Shown here: in pieces, positions 60,393-64,000 of the stretch
Layout: every line of letters starts with the position of its first letter
How positions within the stretch are numbered: position 1 is the first letter of the stretch
NCBI RefSeq assembly: GCF_963921235.1
Contig: NC_086117.1
Location: 15,562,001-15,626,000, forward strand
Reading direction: 5' to 3'
DNA length: 64,000 nucleotides
DNA from: Mobula hypostoma
Lineage: Eukaryota
The notes under the pieces: model-generated
What the model was told of the DNA's origin: nothing
What the model saw: only the letters and a program-made list of their open reading frames with translations
Database searches by the model: none
Position numbers and translations under genes: made by a program

Positions 60393-61311
60393 TCAGTAGC
60401 CCTCGCTAATCTCCCTGCCAGGATATTGGTCCCCCTAGGATTCAAGTGTAACCCGTCCTTTTTGTACAGGTCGCGCCTGCGCCAAAAGAGGTCCCAATGA
60501 TCCAAAAACTTGAATCCCTGCCCCCGCTCCAATCCCTCAGCCACGCATTTATCCTCCACCTCATCGCATTCCTACTCTCACTGTCGCGTGGCACAGGCAG
60601 TAATCCCGAGATTACTACCTTTGCGGTCCTTTTTCTCAACTCCCTTCCTAGCTCCCTATATTCCCCTTTCAGGACCTCATCCCTTTTCCTACCTATGTCA
60701 TTGGTACCTATATGTACCACGACCTCTGGCTCCTCGCCCTCCCACTTCAGGATATCTTGGACACAATCAGAAATATCCCGGACCCTGGCACCAGGGAGGC
60801 AAACTACCATCCGGGTCTCTGGACTGCGTCCACAGAATCGCCTATCTGACCCCCTTACTATTGAGTCCCCTATCACAACTGCCCTCCTCTTCCTTGCCCT
60901 ACCCTTCTGAGCTACAGGGCCAGACTCTGTGCCGGAGGCACGGCCACTGTCGCTTCCCCCGGGTAAGCTGTTCCCCCCAACAGTACTCAAACAGGAGTAC
61001 CTATTGTTAAGGGGCACAGCCACCGGGGTACTCCCTATTACCTGACTCTTCCCCTTCCCCCTCCTAACCGTGACCCACTTGTCTGCCTCCCGTGGCCCCG
61101 GCGTGACCACCTGCCTGCAACTCCTCTCTATCAACTCCTCACTCTCCCTGACCAGACGAAGGTCATCGAGCTGCAGCTCCAGTTCTGTAACGCGGTCCCT
61201 TAGGAGCTGCATCTCGATGCACTTGGCGCAGATGTAGACGTCCTTGAGGCTTGGAGACTCCAAGGCCTCCCACATCCGACACCGAGAACAGCAAACTGCC
61301 CTCACACTCAT
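60377..61311 (-). pseudogene. CR1 ORF1: zinc finger / coiled coil plus SGNH esterase, one frameshift near 60525
   Basis: CSRC...CAKC, LRDRVTELELQLDDL, VIGDSIVRG, VHIGTND, then DGLHLN in the shifted frame ending ...TLN*. Confidence 0.9.
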
Positions 61312-61469
61312 ACTGCCCCTCTCCTCAAATAGCAACAGAAAATGAATGCCAAACCTTCCTCGCCTCGCCCGTTTCCACCTAAGCCCGTTGAGCCAAAGCC
61401 CTTAAGCCCTCACTCTGCTCCCGGCTCACTCCGCCGCCCGCAAACTACGCTGCCCGCTCTATGAGGCTC

Positions 61470-61530
61470 TGTTCCTTTTAAATCTGCCGCGCTGCACAGC
61501 CCGACGTCACACGCCTGTGCAGTCCCGCCT
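61470..61530 (-). promoter_or_regulatory. putative CR1 internal promoter
   Basis: On the minus strand: GGCGGG GC-box, TGACGTC CRE-like site, then gatttaaaagg TATA-like box; CpG-rich. Confidence 0.45.
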
Positions 61531-62954
61531 CTCAGAATGCCGTTGGAGAAAAAAAAATAACGAAAATTTCAAAAATATCTTTCTCGGCACTCCCACTCAG
61601 ACTCTCAGACTCCTTCGAATCAAACCCGAAGCAGGATTTCTGCCCATTTCATGACATATGCCAGTGATATTAAACCTGATTCTGTGATTCTCTGTGAGAT
61701 AAAGGTTAAATGAAAAGACAAAGATCAGGCCAAAAGAATATTGTATGGGAAAATGTGAAGTTACCCATTTTGGCAGGAAAAGTAAGGAAGAAGGCTATAA
61801 CTTATGTAGCGACACGACTGAGCTCCGAGGTTCAGAGGGACCTGGGTGTCTGACAGCATGATTTACTAAAGACAGTTGGTAATTCTGAAAACTATCAGAG
61901 TGTTATTGCTTATTGGAGGAACTCAGCAAACCAGGCAGCATCTATGTTGTTACTTTTGTTCCCTTCTGAGCCTTGTGGCGCATCGGACAGCAACCTTGCC
62001 ATTTTTCTAGCATTTTTGTCTGTTTTTTACGAGGCTGAGTTGCTAGCTCGATGCTCAACCCAGCACGGATGGAAAGCATGCAAGAAGACAGCTGGATTCA
62101 AACCCGCGACCCCTCACCTCAAAGTCCGGTATAGATGTCCCCTACCCCACTGGCTGGCATGCAGCATCCATGGAAAAGAGTTAAACAGTCGACTTTTCAG
62201 ACCATGACCTTTCATCAGCTCCTGATGAAGAGTCTGGGGCCAAAACATCAACTGTTTACTCTTTTCCATAGATGCTGCCTGGCCTGCTGAGTTCCTCAAG
62301 CATTTTGTGTGTCTGCTGTTTGGATTTCCAGCATCTGCAGATTTTCCATTGTTTGTGATTGTTTATTGAGGGGGAACTGAATCAAGGTTATGCTTCACTT
62401 ATATAGGGCACTGGTGAAATCTGGAATACTGTGTATGTTATTGGCTGCCTTATTTAAGAGAGAAGGCTACAAATAAAGAAAACAGTTCATTGAAGCTTAG
62501 TAGACCAGTAAGTGGAATGGATGAGATGTCTCATGAGGAAAGATTGGACAGGCTAGCCTTGTATCTACTGGAGCCAAGAACTGTGAAATGCAATAATTGA
62601 AACATAAGATCCTGAGAAACCGTGACAGGATGGATGTGGAGAGAACATTTCCTCTCGAGGGAGGATCTAAAATTAGGGGGTCACTATCACAAAGTAGCAG
62701 TTACCTACTTAAGACAGAAGTAAGTAATTGTTCTACTCTCAAAGTGTTGTGAGTCTTTGAGACTTCCTTCTCAATGGATGCTGGAAACAGATTCTTTGAG
62801 TATTTTTAATAAAAAGGTTGATAGACTTAATACAGCAAACAAGGTTACCCACGGGTGACAGGAACACAGAGTTAAGTTGCCATCAGATTAGGCATGATAA
62901 TTTAAAATCCTAATTCGTGTTTATTCTCTCATAAAGTAGAGATTAACTGTGAAG

Positions 62955-63101
62955 TGAGAGTGAGAATGAGTGAAAAGAGAGAGAAGAGAGAGAGAGAGAA
63001 AAGAGAGAGGGGAGATAGTTGGGGAGAGAGAGAGTTGAGGAGAGGGGAAGAAAGAAAAAGAAAAGGGAGAAGAGCGAGAGGAGGGATGAGGGGGAAAGAG
63101 G

Positions 63102-63136
<35 letters not shown>

Positions 63137-63155
63137 TGAGGGTAGAGAGACAGAG
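62955..63155. repeat. GA-rich low-complexity tract / (GA)n microsatellite
   Basis: About 200 bp of almost pure purine on the + strand. Confidence 0.95.
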
Positions 63156-64000
63156 AACGCACATTGAAAGAAAATACGATGGAAAGCTGTAGAGTCTGAT
63201 CCCAAGTAGACCGAGTCAGTTAATGCAGTTAGCAAAGGCACCTCAGGGAATGAAGAGAAAGAAGATGGGATCATATGTGGCAACCAGAGACAGTTTCTTA
63301 ACAAAATCAGCCGTGAAGGAGCTGCAGCCAGCCAGCTTGTGAGCAGTTAAGTATGTTGGTAATGAATGACCATCTCTAATATTAACAATAAAGGGTATAG
63401 AGCAGGATTATATACTTAGAACTTCATACATTCAGAGTGTAAAACAAGGATTCGGTAATCTAACAACAACCCTTATTCTTTGGAAGGACACAGTGGAACT
63501 ATCATGGTTGGTGTAGTAATTTTTATTTTTGGGAATCTGGATGCTCAGCAGATGGAAATAGTAATGAAAGCAATGAACAGATTGAGGGGTAGAGGGAACA
63601 GATAGGATGTTGGTCCATAATATGGCAAATGCTTGGAGAAATAAGAAATGTGAATTTTCTTGGGAGTAAAGAGATGCTGTTGGAAATGTGTGAAACTTTT
63701 TTTTAAATTTATTTAGCAATCCAGCACAGAGTAGGCCCTTCCAGTCCTTTGAGCAAACCCGATTTAACTCTAAAATAATCACAGGACCAGTTAACCTACC
63801 CGCTATGTCTTTGGACTGTGGGAGGAAACCAGAGCAGCCGGAGAAAACCCATGCATTCTACGAGGAGGACATACAGACTCCTTACAGTCGGCACCGGAAT
63901 TGAACTATAACCTCCGGAATACCCTGAGCTGTAATAGCGTTGTGCTAACCACTACGCTTCCATGGCTTTTGCAGCCGCAATGGGCCCATTGGTGAGGTTG

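Larger units (their letters stand above)
57252..61645 (-). mobile_element. full-length, near-intact CR1 LINE
   Basis: 5' UTR, ORF1, ORF2, short 3' UTR and (tttctatg)2 tail; atttcat duplicated at 57248-57254 and 61646-61652. Confidence 0.96.
56240..62920 (+). mobile_element. old CR1 host copy split by nested insertions (56240-56540, 61700-61915, 62360-62920)
   Basis: FFEEVT...GAPQGSVVGP...INDL before the stack; GKCEVTHFGR and later RT/3' sequence after it. Confidence 0.75.
1..64000 (-). other. NTNG2: netrin-G2 gene, 3' portion (intron upstream of LE1 exon through 3' UTR); 5' exons outside window
   Basis: Five in-frame exons with GT-AG boundaries and compatible phases give LE1-linker-LE2-LE3-EGF-GPI. 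Motifs [34 protein letters not shown] and QNQRC resemble NTNG2 rather than NTNG1 (recalled sequences). Confidence 0.92.

Noticed and set aside
57731-61010. Plus-strand ORFs of 93-208 aa
   Set aside because: Antisense shadows of CR1 ORF1 and ORF2.
62921-63304. Ser/Leu- and Arg/Glu-rich ORFs
   Set aside because: Translation of the GA/CT microsatellite.
1-64000. CRISPR arrays, rRNA or standalone tRNA genes
   Set aside because: Vertebrate DNA; recurring motifs are dispersed retroelement termini, and A/B boxes belong to SINE heads.

Overview
Repeat-rich vertebrate DNA. The CR1/V-SINE/Penelope repeat mix suggests a cartilaginous fish, probably a ray (inference). The whole window lies in the 3' half of a minus-strand netrin-G2 (NTNG2) gene. 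I resolved five core coding exons with exact splice sites: 34479-34651, 31070-31096, 9442-9609, 3521-3655 and 627-847 (LE1, linker, LE2, LE3, EGF plus GPI signal). The laminin-N exons lie beyond position 64000. Two observations stand out. (1) The intron between the linker and LE2 holds a set of phase-1/phase-1 candidate exons that the ORF track misses, including three 36-39 nt microexons that each end in G-x-K-K, with a UAG-rich (Musashi-type) intron between two of them. (2) A near-intact full-length CR1 LINE has a canonical -1 frameshift heptamer (U_UUA_AAC) in its very short ORF1/ORF2 overlap and no AUG upstream of the ORF2 endonuclease; a second, divergent CR1 copy keeps the same heptamer. 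Also present: many Penelope-derived fold-back elements carrying minimal hammerhead ribozyme motifs, a decayed Gypsy element, Tc1-derived elements, a deeply nested insertion stack, and a CpG-retaining domain over the 3' end of the gene. Repeat boundaries are approximate unless a target-site duplication (TSD) or terminal inverted repeat (TIR) is quoted.
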